From Macrostomum lignano (lineage: Eukaryota), in NCBI GenBank assembly GCA_002269645.1, contig NIVC01001410.1:230634-294633 (forward strand): 64,000 bases of DNA. Reading direction: 5' to 3'. Position numbers and translations under genes: made by a program. Of this stretch, positions 38,857 to 50,589 are shown piece by piece. The notes under the pieces are model-generated. The model saw only the letters and a program-made list of their open reading frames with translations. It made no database searches and had not been told where the DNA came from. Position 1 is the first letter of the stretch. Each line of letters starts with the position of its first letter.

Positions 38857-41800
38857 CTCCGCCGGAACGCATTTGTTTCCCGATCGATATTCAGATTGAT
38901 ATTCGAAAATTAACAAAATCTCTGCTCTGCAAAAATATTTTAGAACGCCGTTTGACAGGAAAAAAAGTGAAACTAAGAACATTGCAAAAATAAAGTTTCA
39001 GCTCGATCCGTCCCTCTGACTCGAAATGGCACCGATTTTCGATGTGCTCCCATTTAAAATACATGTGATTTTATAGGGCAGATCGATATTCGAGTTCGCT
39101 CACTTTGGCTTGACCATTCAACATGAAATTTTACACACTAAAAAGTGCAAACCAGAAACTGATAAATATACAGTTTCAGATCGATCTGTCACTCTGGCTC
39201 GAAATGGCACCGATTTTCGATGTGCTCCCATTTAAAATACATGTGATTTTATAAGGCAGATAGATATTCGAGTTCGCTCACTTTGGCTTGACCATTCAAC
39301 ATGAAATTTTACACACTAAAAAGTGCAAACCAGAAACTGATAAATATACAGTTTCAGATCGATCTGTCACTCTGGCTCGAAATGGCACCGATTTTCGATG
39401 TGCTCCTATTTAAAATACATGTGATTTTATAAGGCAGATAGATATTCGAGTTCGCTTCCTTTGGCTTGACCGTTCAACATGAAATTTTACACACTAAAAA
39501 GTGCAAACCAGAAACTGATAAATATACAGTTTCAGATCGATCTGTCACTCTGGCTCGAAATGGCACCGATTTTCGATGTGCTCCCATTTAAAATACATGT
39601 GATTTTATAAGGCAGATAGATATTCGAGTTCGCTCACTTTGGCTTGACCATTCAACATGAAATTTTACACACTAAAAAGTGCAAACCAGAAACTGATAAA
39701 TATACAGTTTCAGATCGATCTGTCACTCTGGCTCGAAATGGCACCGATTTTCGATGTGCTCCCATTTAAAATACATGTGATTTTATAAGGCAGATAGATA
39801 TTCGAGTTCGCTCACTTTGGCTTGACCATTCAACATGAAATTTTACACACTAAAAAGTGCAAACCAGAAACTGATAAATATACAGTTTCAGATCGATCTG
39901 TCACTCTGGCTCGAAATGGCACCGATTTTCGATGTGCTCCCATTTAAAATACATGTGATTTTATAAGGCAGATAGATATTCGAGTTCGCTCACTTTGGCT
40001 TGACCGTTCAACATGAAATTTTATCTGTTCGAGCTGCCAAAACTTATTTTCGATCTGAACGAACGAAGCAACTGCAAATTACGTAGTGAATTTAAACAGC
40101 GCTTTTTTAATTTTACGAGTACATCTAGACTGTTTCTTAAAGCATATACTAGTAGGTAATCGTATATTAGGAATTACGAATCGTGCATCTCATCGTTCCT
40201 GCAATCGCACAGTTTTTATTGTTATAATTTTTCTTTACAAACTCTCATACTCCATATCAGCCAGGTGCGGATCCAGGAATTTCTTGAGTGGGGCCTAATG
40301 CAATGCTAGATCACCGAGGGCCTTGGGGCCGAGGGCTGTTGACCCCCTGCTATAAGTCTTAATTTATAAGTAAGTTTTAATTCTCATATAGCTCCAAGTC
40401 CCAAACAACGTTGTTGCCTTCATGCGTAAAATTTATGAGAAAGAAATAACGTTTCCTAATAAAATAGAACAAAACTTCTGGAAGGAACGTTTTTAACCTC
40501 GTTCTGATCCCCAGATATGTGGCTTTTTTCTGTTTTCGGTGATTTATGGCCGTCTAGCTGTCACTTTTGGCTCCAGCCTGTCTGGGTCAAAGAGGTCTTT
40601 CCAGCTTTCTCCCCACTCACTCTGTTGCTTTCTCCTTGGATTTATGGGCGTTTTGCTGTCACTTTTGGCGCCAGGATGTCTAGACAAGTGACTTTTATTA
40701 TGTTTTGCTTATGATTTATGACCGCACCTGTCAAGTTCCCTGGGGTCTAAAGGCCACCTGGTGGGGTGGGTTTTGGGGTCTTGAGCTCGTGCAGCCAATC
40801 AGAGTCGACCTGACTGCCCCTATAGGCACGTTTATGACAGATTTCTGCAAAAATGACGACAAAATGTGTAACGAAGTCATTTTTTGGTACTGATGTCATT
40901 TTTTATGTGTCAAAAAAATGACAAACGTCCTTTTTACAAATTAATCTAAAAAATAAAGCGCTTTTTCACCCGCTAAGTATTACTGAAGTTTCAAAACTAG
41001 TAATATGATATTAAAGGAGTTATTAGGGCATAAAAATATGACGGGAACAAACAAAAAATACGGGTGATTGCACATACGTAAAAATGACAAATATGACACA
41101 CCTTCCGGCTTGAAAATAGTGTACTGTAATATACCAAATTTTACAATATTTTTGTTTTTAAAACATTGTAGATGCAAAGTGCATAGTATTTATGCAGATA
41201 ATTGAATAAAAAGTGTTTTTTAGCTAAAATTAATATGTATTTTTGTCGCTAATTTTAAGCGCTGATCCGGGTCTATTGTATTACATGTGTGATCGCTACC
41301 TTTGAATGCTTAACCATTTTCATTTTTGTCGCTAATTTTAAGCGCTGATCCAGGTCTATTGTATTACATGTGTCGCTACATTTATATTCAAGGACTTCTA
41401 GACTAACAGGACGTAAAACTCAAAAATCGTGCAATTTTTTGGAGGCCACGATTTCCTGGAAAAAATACACTGCGAAGATAGGAAAAAATCAGTTTTTCGT
41501 CACAAAATCTGTGATTTTATTTGATCTGGGGCAGTGAAGACTACCATTCTTTTAATTTAGCATGCACAACATGTTACTTTTTTATATTTTCATATAGCTA
41601 TGTATTGAAGTTTTAATTTTCATATTGTTTTCACTTTATTTCTTAAGCCCAAAGTTGCAAACTCACAATTTACAGTCGTTAATCTTAGTCTAACAGTATT
41701 TATCAGCACTGCACAATATGTCATGTAGTTGTGCACCTATACAGGCTTAAAGGATCGTACATTAGTGCATACTGTATATATATATTGTCAGAGAGGCTGG

Positions 41801-43786
41801 AAGTTTTACAAAAATTGAGCAATTTAGAAGTGTCATGGATTTGTCATTTTTGCAAAGTCTGTGTCATGGCCAAAACTTTGCGCGTTTCCATTTGGATACA
41901 CAGCGGTCATTTTTTGCTAAATGTGCCATGTCATTTTTTAAAATTCTCGTCATAAACGTGCCCCCGGCTCGACCAATCAGAAAATTCGGCGCCTATTTTA
42001 ACAAAAGCTCTCAGCCAATCGGAAAATTCGGCGTGCGTTATAACAAATCAGCCGCGTGAGAGCTATAAAAGGCGGCAACTCGACCCGCGCTCGAGTAACC
42101 CGCCTCCTCTGGGAGCTTCCCTGCCCTGCTGCTTCCTCTTCTGGTCCTGCCGACCTGATCCCCCTTTCCCCGGCAGTTTCGGCTTCAACAGCTAAGTTCC
42201 CCCTGAGAAGCATCATCAATATCTCCCGGCGGTGATTTAAGAGCAGCAACGACTATCGGCAAGCAAAGAGCAGCAGTGGCAATCGTCAGTCAAGATCAGC
42301 AACAGCATCCCATCAGCGCTTTGGTCTCTGTGGATTCCTTGGCTACCGGCAGATAGGTCCTCTGATTGGTTTGGTTTTAGACAGCTAAAAGACACTAGAT
42401 GGCAAGTAAGTGCAGTGCCCCTCTAGTCGGAAGTCCGATTCCGATAGCTCCAGTTTGGTGAGCCAGGGCGCACGGACTGGTGGCAGCAAGTTAGTTAATC
42501 TGCGGGTTAGCTAATTTCTACCTTTCAAATTCTCCCTGCTTGTCTCTTGCTATCTTCGCCTAGCTAAAGGACCTTGCTTCTCGCCCACAATCTAGCTACC
42601 ATGAGGATGACCATCTGATAGGAGTGAGGGGCCAGAGCTCTTAGTGATTCATTTCTGAGTTCTGAGGCCCGAAGCTACAGGCTTAAAAAAGGCCGAACCC
42701 ATCAGGAGCACATCGAAAATTGGTGCCATTTCGAGTTAGAGTGACGGATCGATCTGAAACTGTATATTTATCAGTTTCTGGTTTGCACTTTTTAGTGTGT
42801 AAAATTTCATGTTGAATGGTCAAGCCAAAGTGAGCGAACTCGAATATCGATCTGCCCTATAAAATCACATGTATTTTAAATGGGAGCACATCGAAAATCG
42901 GTGCCATTTCGAGTCAGAGGGACGGATCGATCTGAAAGTGTATATTTATCAGTTTCTGGTTTGCACTTTTTAGTGTGTAAAATTTCATGTTGAATGGTCA
43001 AGCCAAAGTGAGCGAACTCGAATATCTATCTGCCTTATAAAATCACATGTATTTTAAATGGGAGCACATCGAAAATCGGTGCCATTTCGAGCCAGAGTGA
43101 CAGATCGATCCGAAACTGTATATTTATCAGTTTCTGGTTTGCACTTTTTAGTGTGTAAAATTTCATGTTGAATGGTCAAGCCAAAGGAAGCGAACTCGAA
43201 TATCTATCTGCCTTATAAAATCACATGTATTTTAAATAGGAGCACATCGAAAATCGGTGCCATTTCGAGCCAGAGTGACAGATCGATCCGAAACTGTATA
43301 TTTATCAGTTTCTGGTTTGCACTTTTTAGTGTGTAAAATTTCATGTTGAATGGTAAAGCCAAAGTGAGCGAACTCGAATATCTATCTGCCTTATAAAATC
43401 ACATGTATTTTAAATGGGAGCACATCGAAAATCGGTGCCATTTCGAGCCAGAGTGACAGATCGATCTGAAAGTGTATATTTATCAGTTTCTGGTTTGCAC
43501 TTTTTAGTGTGTAAAATTTCATGTTGAATGGTCAAGCCAAAGTGAGCGAACTCGAATATCGATCTGCCCTATAAAATCACATGTATTTTAAATGGGAGCA
43601 CATCGAAAATCGGTGCCATTTCGAGTCAGAGGGACGGATCGAGCTGAAACTTTATTTTTGCAATGTTCTAAGTTGCACTTTTTTCATGTCAAACGGCGTT
43701 CTAAAATATTTTTGCAGAGCAGAGATTTTGTTAATTTTCGAATATCAATCTGAATATCAATCGGGAAACAAATGTGTCCGCCGGAG
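38857..43786. mobile_element. Foldback-type element: ~1.1-1.2-kb inverted arms (38857-40040; 42705-43786) built of 178-bp tandem units
   Basis: The right arm is the reverse complement of the left (e.g. CATTTGTTTCCCGAT...TTCGAAAATT vs AATTTTCGAA...ATCGGGAAACAAATG). Period of 178 (39121/39299/39477), with about 5-6 units per arm. Confidence 0.85.
41973..42070 (+). promoter_or_regulatory. Pol II promoter-like module: two CCAAT boxes in a 42-bp duplication plus a TATA box
   Basis: CCAAT at 41973 and 42015, TATAAAAG at 42064, then a GC-richer leader and ATGGCAA|GTAAGT at 42399-42411. Confidence 0.5.
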
Positions 43787-46700
43787 CGTAACACACAACG
43801 GCTGTCTACACGGGAGTGTAACGCGCTCTGTGCTACACTTGAAGCCATGCAAATGGTTTAGTAATATGTTTAATACGCTACGCTTTAGTTTGGTATCTAG
43901 GTGGGGATTGTTTAGGCCTATATAGCGTCGTTTTAAAATTCTAAATGATCGAAGCATTTTTTTTTCTACTGGAGAGGAAGCTCCACTGTGCACATGGCCA
44001 CGTGAATTATATTCTCGTATGCTTCCTTTAGCGAAATGAGCATTATTGTATAAGATGGTGTTGCTTTAACTGCATCACTTGTAGCTACAGGGCACAGCCA
44101 CAGAATAATATAAATTTATTGACTTCGATTAGTGTCACTGACTAAATGTGTGCATTAATTGTTGTGTTTTGTATTGTCTTATATCACACTTATGGTTATA
44201 TAATCAGTAGTTATAATCTTATATCCAATTTAATGCATTTTAGTCTAGGTTCTAGACCTTCATTTCAGTTTGCCTTTGAACCATTGTTCAAAATGTCTAT
44301 GGTAATTTAGTTCAAGGCAATGACATTCATACAATAACCAGTTATTGTTTGCAATTTTTTGAAGTGGTATAATTTTTAAGTTAACGTGTATATTTTAAGC
44401 TAAACATATAACAATCAAAAGCACACTTTAGCTATAGTTAATTCATTGCATAAATGTCTCACAAAATTTAGTTAAACTTGCATTGATTAAAGGTGCATCC
44501 ATTGAAACTGAACTTAGCCACAGGGGTGTCGTGACTATTGAAGCCGGTAAAGCATAGGCCCAATTAGATGGAGACAGTGGCATCCAAGCCAGGAGCAGGG
44601 ATGGCGACGGACTCATCTTGTTCAGCAACAGCCAAACTGGAAGCAGGGAATGCGACAAAGTCGTTGTCGCATTGGTCAATATTTGAAGTCTTGGAAATAA
44701 AGTTCAGTTCAAATGAGTCAACATTGCCTAATTTGTCAATAGGCAGATTGCACCAATTGATTGGAAAATGAATGCCTTCCAGTTCCATTTTATTGCAACT
44801 CTATAAAAATGATTATACTTGCCCGATGAACAGCGACTCTTTAAAACTCTGTCATCTTGACCATAGACATATCATTCTCTATGATTTTGTGTGTTCTGTC
44901 GTTGTCTGGAACTGAACTAACTGATTTTTTCTAACCCTTGGCTTTTACCATAGACGTGGCAGATATTAAGATGTGGGGGCTTCGCCCCCATTTCCATCCC
45001 TCACCCACTTTGATTTCTAACCCCTAGCTGACAATTTGGACAATGATGTTGTCTGGAATTGAGATTTCAGTTATGGCCATAGACATGAGAGCGTGCATAG
45101 TGGGTTAAGCGGGTTTTCTGGCATTCTATCGGCAAACATATTTAAAATGTGTTTGGGATTGGGACTGGGTCTGGGATCCCGGGATTGAGTTATTGCTTCA
45201 TCTGGGTTCTGGGATAATGGGATCATAGAATAGCCAGGATTTGCAATCCCTATTATCAGTCAAATTATATTATAAATCAATATAATGACCTATGTTAATT
45301 TTTGACTTTTTTTGTTTTGCTTGATTGTTGCCTTTCTCAGATATTAAAAATATGGCATTAAGCCATTAGGTCAATGAAAAGGGGCAAATCTAGGTGTTTT
45401 TGAAATACATGAAGACAATAAAACCAAATAAAATTATAGCCTTTTATTTTGCTCTTAAAAGCATAGGAACCTATTATATACTAGTAAACTGCAGTAAACT
45501 AGGCTCAACTTTTTTAGAAACTAAAAATGAAATTAAAAAGCAGTTATACTTTTATATATACAATGAGCTAATAAATTGCTCTGTTTTTGTTTTTGTATGC
45601 CTTTTCAATAAGAAAAAAGAGCAATATAAATCATTAGTAAGATTAATGTTATTTTATTTGTCCTTTATTACTCTATACCTAAATTTCTTTCCCATCCTAT
45701 TTGCATTTGTCTTCTTGCTTTTTTGCTTTCTAATCTGCCCTTTGAGTGTCTATTTTACCTTGTTCTTTGACTTGGCTCTGATACCTAGGCCTACTTTGAC
45801 CCTTTGCTATGCTCCTTGATCTATCTCCTTGTTCTGCCTCTTGCTTTGCCTCTATTCTATGCCCCCTGCTCTGCCTCTATACTGTGCCCCCTAGCTATCC
45901 TGCCCCCCTGTTCTACCCCTTGCCCTGCCATCCTGCTCTGCCACGCTGATCTGCCATGCTGCTTTGCTATCTTGCCAGGCTGCTTTCCCCCTGCTCTGCC
46001 ACCCTGCTCTGCCATCCTGTTCTGCCACCCTGCTCTTTTGATTTTTAGGTTCTAATATTAAACCAGTAGATGTGCCTAGTTGAGGCGCTTCTTTTGCAGG
46101 AGCTTCAAAGAAGTGATTTTTCCTATAATTTTAGATACCTGTAACTTTTAGTAATTTCTGTATTATAAAAAGTCAAAAAATCAGTAGAATCTATAGTTCA
46201 TCATGAAAATGGGCAGGCCTTATTTCCTAGAACACTCTGTCCAGGTGTTAATACACTTGTAGTGGTAAGATTGAGGTCTGTCGGTGACCAAGCTCCCTCA
46301 AACTAACCTGGCGGGGTCTGGAATGTCTTATAGGTATTCACCAAAGGCACATAGCCGCCACCAGGCACTTGCATAAAAGTTCACCCAAGAACTTTCCCTT
46401 GAGATGGGGCTCCCAGCCTGCTTACAAGCAACAAATTTGGAGCCATGCCCAGTCTAGTCCTAGCCAACTTTGAGGGACTCTTTGCGAGATAATCAAAAAA
46501 ACACTTTGGAACAAATGTCGGAACAAGAATTTTTGCACAGGGAATATTTTTTTACCTAGAGAGTGGTATCCACACAGCTGGCCTTACCATAGCTATTCCT
46601 TATTTCACTAGAGCTCTGGTTCTGAGATGAATTATAGCGCTAAAACTGAGCATAAGATTTCCTTAACTGGGACTTGCATGCACAAATTTCAATTAAGTTT

Positions 46701-49407
46701 GAACTATCCTGACTCCGCAGTATGCACGGCAGGGCTTCTGAATTCTTATTGATGACGTTGACTCTTTAGCTATGTAGCGGTCAATACATAAGCAAAACCT
46801 AAGTCAAATGATAATTCCTGCCTAGTGGGTTGAGAGTCGTGCGACCTGCATAGCATCAGTATGACGTTCTTAGTTGTAGGTTCCCAAAAGGATGGTGAAC
46901 TCAATAATGGCAGAATAGATTTGTAGCAATAGCACTTGGCAATTCAGTAGCAAGATAAATAAGGGCCGCAGCTTGTTTATTGTAATTGTCAATATAAGTT
47001 AGTACAGAGGCTATAGCACGTGGGAGCACTGGCAGCTGCAAAAATGAGTTTGAATTTGATAGAGTAAGTAGGATGATGAGCAGATTGATGAAGGTGACAC
47101 AACTAGTAGAGCAATGGCAATGAGTAGACAGTGATGGCAGTCTTTGGTAGTGAACTGGCAGGCAGGAAGGCAGTGTAGCAGGGCCTAGCAAAGGTAAGGT
47201 TACCCCTCGGCGGAGTGAGACAGAGAGAGACAAGAAGGCATAAATAAGTCTGGCCCAGACAGGGGGCGCCAGAGTTAAAGTGGCGCAGAGTGGAGCTACA
47301 AGACAGACAGAAGCAAAGGGCGCAAGGAAAGAAAGGCAGAGCGAGAGACAAAAGAACAAAAGTGAGAAGGCCTAAGTACACAGCCAGACAGAACTGATAA
47401 GGACTGGGCTGGGGGGGGGGCGCGAGAGAAATTAGTATAATTAATGTGGCATATTTCTATTGGCTGAATGGCTGACTGGGAAAAACAAAAACAGAAATTA
47501 TTGATCGTGCGCTGTACGCAAGGTTTACAGTTATACACAGTTGAATAAAATTCTTAGGGCACTACTTACAGTAAACGTGAGAATATGGAACTGGTAATAT
47601 TTAAAGATTGGTACTATATGTTGAAACGGCCCTTGGCTACTGAAACTGACAACGTCACATTCAGTGCTGCAGATTTGCCAACTTGGCAAGCGTTTTGGTG
47701 AGGGCCAGGCTCAGCTTCAGACCTGCTGCTCAAGTAGGCCCTGCCATTACATAACTGCAACTAGACTGCCACCACTAGAGGCCGGTCCCTGCAAGTATTG
47801 TAAATGCCAAAGAAACAGTTGAGCAAAGGTGCAGATGCATTTTATTCACATTTCTCTAACCCTGGAGTTGTCATCTAAGGTTTTGCTATACACATGAGTG
47901 CACTAGATGTATGTGATTTTACACATGCATATATATCCAAGTTTGCAATACCAGTTATAAGTTAAGTTTAAATATTGACTAAAATACATACCATCATGTA
48001 GTCATACTGCAAAGTATATAGCTACAAGTACATATGTACAAGATTGCAAGTTCTACACAAGATCATGACATGCAGTTAGTACGAGTACTGTTGTGTTATG
48101 CCTCAGATGCAATAATACCAGCATTCTCAAAAGTATACATATACATGTAGAACCATTGCACATGGATCAGGTCAGCTCAGTCAGTCTGCATGTTTCATGT
48201 AGGTGTCATACCCTAATGCTCAGATGCAGACCTACATATGCTAGAGCCACATTGAGTTGATCAATACCTACATGTGTAATGTTTTTTTCCTGTATTGAAC
48301 TATGACAAATATTTTGCTGAGTATCGCTTTAATGTATGTTCGCTCTCTATGTACATTGCTGACTCAACTTGCATAAATATAGCAAGAACTGCCTTATGGG
48401 GCCTTTGTTGATTTTTATACTGCCAAATACTGCCCATTACACAAGTACATGCAAATTTTATATATGTTTTATTGTAGTGGTTGTAATCAAGGACTACTAG
48501 ACTATATTCCAGTGGTCCTTGGGTTTAACTCTTGCAGGTATTTACCCAGATGCCTCAGTGCTCAATCTGAGATGCTACTCTGTAGCTATTGACCCGCACA
48601 ATGCCATCAATCAATGACCACTAGAACCCTGGTGAGCTCTACTGCTATACACCAATAGTTCTAAGCAGTCACACCAATATCAGCTTTGGTATTGGAATCT
48701 TCCTAAATGCAGGTATGCTCAGTTTACTGGGGTCAACTCGTGTTTTACAAAATAAAGTTATGGCCATCATGCAACTCTTGCACTATGCCTATAGAGCTTC
48801 TCACCACTGGTATAACTGGTAAAAACATTTTCCAATTCAGACAGCCAGGCTGCCTTGCATGCCATTTGGCTGCATGGCATCAACTCTGCTAGTCTTCAAC
48901 TGTATCAAAATCCTTAACATGTTAATTTTGGGCTCTAAAATTATCCTTAAGTGGGTTCTGGGGCATGTGAGAATTCAAGGAAATGATCGAGCTGACTGAC
49001 ACCCTTGCAAAAAGTTGGTGCCTCTGGCTCCTCTCTCGGGCTGGAACCCCTTGTACTCTCTCAGGTCACGGCTGCTTCTCTAGGCACCAGTACCTGCAGG
49101 GAAATACAACCACTATCTGCAGTTTCTGCAACTCCAGAGACACAACTTTGCGCATTCATAAGAGCCAGACTCAGTTAGCTTTAGCCATACAAATCAATTA
49201 TCAAAGTGCGCAAACCTAAAAATCTTAATTACAAATAGCTCATTTAGTCAGTGACACTAATCAAAGTCAATAAATTTATATTAATCTGTGATTCTGTGGC
49301 TGTGCCCTGCAGCTACAAGTGATGCAGTTAAGCAACACCATCTTATACAATAATGCTTATTTTGCTAAAGGAAGCATATGTGTAGATGGCCATTGTGTTA
49401 TGCTCCG
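43782..49407. mobile_element. Second TIR-bounded element (~5.6 kb), degenerate, no intact ORF
   Basis: 43782-43811 plus 44018-44148 are the reverse complement of 49241-49407 (e.g. ATAAGATGGTGTTGC...TTAGTGTCACTGACTAAATG). The left arm has a ~205-bp extra segment. No TSD. Confidence 0.7.
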
Positions 49408-49711
49408 CTCCCATCTAGGCAGTAGTCTATAGGGTGTTAGAAACAAATCTATATGTATTGGTTTCCTGACAGACATTTAGACAGGCACTAGCAATCTACG
49501 CCCCCCGTTGGGGAGCCAAAGAAATGCAATACACGTTTTTTTAATAAGCTACATGTATCCTTGAAATCTTAAAAAATCTCCTGTCAAACCTTGTAAGCCT
49601 TGACATGTCAGTAATTCCCCCCCCACAAGCTTTATCATATCAACTTCCCCCCTTGACATCTCAGCAATGCCCCCAATAAGCCTTGGAAATCTAAAAATAT
49701 CTGTCAACCTT

Positions 49712-49760
49712 CTAACCCTAGCCTAACCCTAACCCTAACCCTAACCCTAACCTAACCCTA
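49712..49760. repeat. Short interstitial telomere-like (CCCTAA)n tract
   Basis: CTAACCCTAGCCTAACCCTAACCCTAACCCTAACCCTAACCTAACCCTA; a degenerate echo at about 50140-50190. Confidence 0.75.
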
Positions 49761-50589
49761 AAACATTGAAATTTCAGTAATTCTGAGTCATTATAGCACT
49801 ACTACAGCATTATAGCGATTCCCTGCAAGCCTCGACATCGTAGGGATTCCCAAATGAATCTCTTAACTTCGACATGAAGCTTCTTTTATTTTTTACATTA
49901 TGCTTTTTCTATCAGCGATCCCTCCCCTGAGGAGGCATCAAATAATGTAATAAAAAGTTTTCAATAAACTACATGTAGCTTCTGACTTTAGCCTTGAAAT
50001 CTCATTTATACCCCAGTGAGCCTTGACATCTCAGCTATTCCCCCCGTAAGCCTTAACATGTCAGCGATGGCCCCCATAAAACTTGAAATCTAAAAAATCC
50101 CCTGTTATTCTGTTAACCTTGAAATTGAAACCCGATAAAATATAACCCTCAACCCACACCTGACCTAAACCTAACTTTAACCCAACCTAAAGCCTTGAAA
50201 TCTCAGCAATTCTTCTCCCCTAAGCCTTGACATTTTAGTGATTCCTTCTTTAAGAATCAAGCACTATAACGATTTCCACCAAGCTTTGACATTGCAGCAA
50301 TTCCCAAATGAATATTTTAACTTCGACATGACTTTTATTTTATGTATACGTAGTGCTACTTTTATTTTTTACATGACTCTTCTTCTATCAGCACCCCCCG
50401 TGGCGAGCCAACAAAGAATGCAATAAAAAAATTGAGTAAAGTACATGAACTTTGAAGTAGCTTCTGACTTTGCTTTGACATCTCAGAAACCCCCCCCCCC
50501 TGTAATCTCAGTTATTCTCTGTGAGCCTTGACGTCTCAGTAATTCTCCCCAGCACAGCACTGTACTATAGCTTCATTCAATTTTTACAT

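Noticed and set aside
49712-49760. True chromosome end
   Set aside because: Only about 8 imperfect units are present, with 14 kb of sequence beyond. Such tracts also occur inside repeats and TEs.
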